Assembly: GCF_009834535.1 (NCBI RefSeq)
Contig: NC_045696.1
Coordinates: forward strand, 64,606,001 to 64,670,000
Direction: 5' to 3'
Length of the DNA: 64,000 nucleotides
Source of the DNA: Camelus ferus
Lineage: Eukaryota
How positions within the stretch are numbered: the stretch's first letter is position 1; the number at the start of each line of letters is the position of its first letter. Below the pieces are notes generated by a model. The model did not search any database. It was not told the origin of the DNA and saw only the letters and a program-made list of their open reading frames with translations. The translations under genes were made by a program, and so were the position numbers. Of the stretch, positions 62,185 to 64,000 are shown piece by piece.

Positions 62185-62544
62185 TCTTTTCATTTCTTTT
62201 TGTTATTTACATTTTCAGTTATTTCTGATTTCAGAGTGGAAGAGGGAATTTTGGGTATGTGCTTAATCTGCCATCTTGACCCATTTATGAGTTATAAGAA
62301 TCTATCAACGTTTATTAAACTGATTCCCTACTCTTGTTCATTTAGGTTGTTTCTAGTTTCTTCTTGTAACAAACATCACAACGATAAACATTTTCATAGC
62401 TAAGTGTTTGCATGTGCCCATTATTATATTCTTAGATTACATTTTCAGAAATAAAACTACTGGTGATTTTTACCTTTTCATTATTCATGTCTGATGGTGT
62501 CCTTCTTCCAGATTTTCTTTACCTTTTTATTATCTTCAGGAATA

Positions 62545-63000
62545 TGGCCTTAACAACATGGTGTGCTGTTAAGATGTGTCAATATCTAACTCCTAACTCC
62601 TGCTTACCTCTTCAGCCTCATAGTCCACCACTGTCCTGCATTCACCACACTTGGAATTCTGCAGATGTACTGTCCTCTGTTATTCACCCATGTCTTGACC
62701 TATGCTGTTCCTTCCATCAGGGATACTTTCTCCCTATCTCTTTGCACAGTGATCTGCTCATCCTTTAAAACACTGCTCAGGTGAGCCCTCTGCTGTGAAG
62801 TCCTCTGTGACCTTTCCAGAAAGCGTTTCCCTCTTCTATGCTATTACAGTTCTTCTGTTACAGCATTTACTAAAGTTGTTTACATGCTTGTCTCCACCAC
62901 TAAGTTGAGAAATCCTTGAGAACTGTTGTTTGAACCCCAGCACTTAGCACAGTGCTTGGTACATAGAAGGTACTTGCTTGGTGAATAATTGATGAATGGA
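62545..63000 (+). mobile_element. L2 LINE 3' end
   Basis: tatgctgttccttcc...ctcatcctttaaaacactgctcagg...ccccagcacttagcacagtgcttggtacatagaagg...tgaatg. Confidence 0.85.
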
Positions 63001-64000
63001 TATTCTACAACTTGGTGAGTAATACCATATTGATTCATATAAATTTTTTTGTGCTTCCCTAACCACACAGTAAACTTGTTTGGGCTGAGAACTGTGTCAT
63101 GATATTCTCTCTCTATCTGGTCTGTCTAGTCTGTCATAGTCTTTTCATCTCCAATCTACTAATGCAGTGTCAGTCATATTCTTAGCACACTCCAAATATC
63201 TATGCTTTGATTGACTATTAGGTACAGTAACAGCATCAGTGGGTTTAAAAAAGAGTTACTGTGGGTTCTGCTGCAGGTCATCACATGCCGGACCGTCAGC
63301 TCGTGTGTATTCAACACCCACCTTCCTGGAGTCTTTTCCCTTTCTTGGTGTTGTCAGGTTAAACAAGGGCTTTGGACTTGAGGACATCCAAGGCAGCTTC
63401 CGGCTCTATTAATTTGTCTTCTTACCCACAATTACAATTCTATGTCCAAAACAGACTATGCCCCCTCTTCTATGAAAAATGAGTGAGCACTCTGTTTCAT
63501 AAAAGCTCTTGTTTGTCGTATATTTTTAGAGTGCTACAAGAGGAGTCATAACACTTGTATTTGTGTTTCAACTTGCATCCGGAGAAATGACTTACACAAT
63601 TTCTGGGAAGAAAGCTTGTAAACTTGAAATATTCTGACTTCAAATGAGCACACATCTATATTTCTGGTGATTTTGGAAATGATAGCAAAAATGACAAACT
63701 CTTTGCTGCTTTCTACAGTAAGTTCAGAGGGTGAAAATAAATTTTTAAAATTAGGAAATCTGAATAAAACTGAGTAGAAAACAAATATAAAACTCAAGAT
63801 AGCATCCTTGATTATGGAATAGGAAGATGTTATAAAATGATACAACATCCTTTATTTTATTACCACACTGAGAGATACTGTTTGGGGTTTATTTATTTCT
63901 AAAAATCTTTATATTTTCCACTTCACGGCTAGCTTATACTGTTTTTGTTCTAATTACATGGGAATTGAAAATTATTTCTTAGTAGCATTAAGTGATGTTA

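Larger units (their letters stand above)
60290..62285 (-). mobile_element. Degraded HAL1/L1ME-like element hosting three younger insertions
   Basis: attcatgtc...aactctggaaaattctcagc and terminal gcttaatctgccatcttgac resemble the 32-34 kb element. Confidence 0.5.
18483..64000 (+). other. FGF12: Long FGF12 intron (continues beyond the window)
   Basis: I found no exon encoding the shared core (EPQLKGIVTRLF...) downstream; the region is repeat-rich non-coding sequence. Confidence 0.7.

Noticed and set aside
1..64000. Prokaryote-style novel system (operon, CRISPR, defence island) or intact transposase/RT gene
   Set aside because: The DNA is mammalian intergenic/intronic sequence; all mobile elements are truncated or decayed and no long coding ORF exists.

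Overview
Mammalian, repeat-rich genomic DNA. It is most likely camelid (alpaca/llama/camel), judged from a vic-1-type tRNA-derived SINE and young L1 3' ends. There are no bacterial-type systems, RNA genes or CRISPR arrays. The only gene content I can support is the 5' end of FGF12 isoform B (FHF1B) on the + strand: a GC-rich promoter at ~17.9-18.1 kb, a non-coding exon ending at 18190, a 149-nt intron, and an exon (18340-18482) carrying the start ATGGAGAGCAAAG (M-E-S-K-E...). Everything after 18482 appears to be the start of a very long intron. The rest is MIR, L2, MLT1, MER2/MER5/MER46/Charlie1, HAL1-like and L1 elements. Family names and the FGF12 call come from my recall of known sequences, not from a search. 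The most interesting observation is a spliced 56-codon upstream ORF that the ORF track cannot see. It is in frame with FGF12B, is separated from it by one TGA and 9 sense codons, and is cut to 23 codons if the small intron is retained. Other notable items are a non-canonical RE1/REST site in exon 1, paired RBFOX motifs, a 131-bp twin-primed inverted L1 with perfect TSDs, and a CArG/E-box motif cluster at ~46.4 kb.
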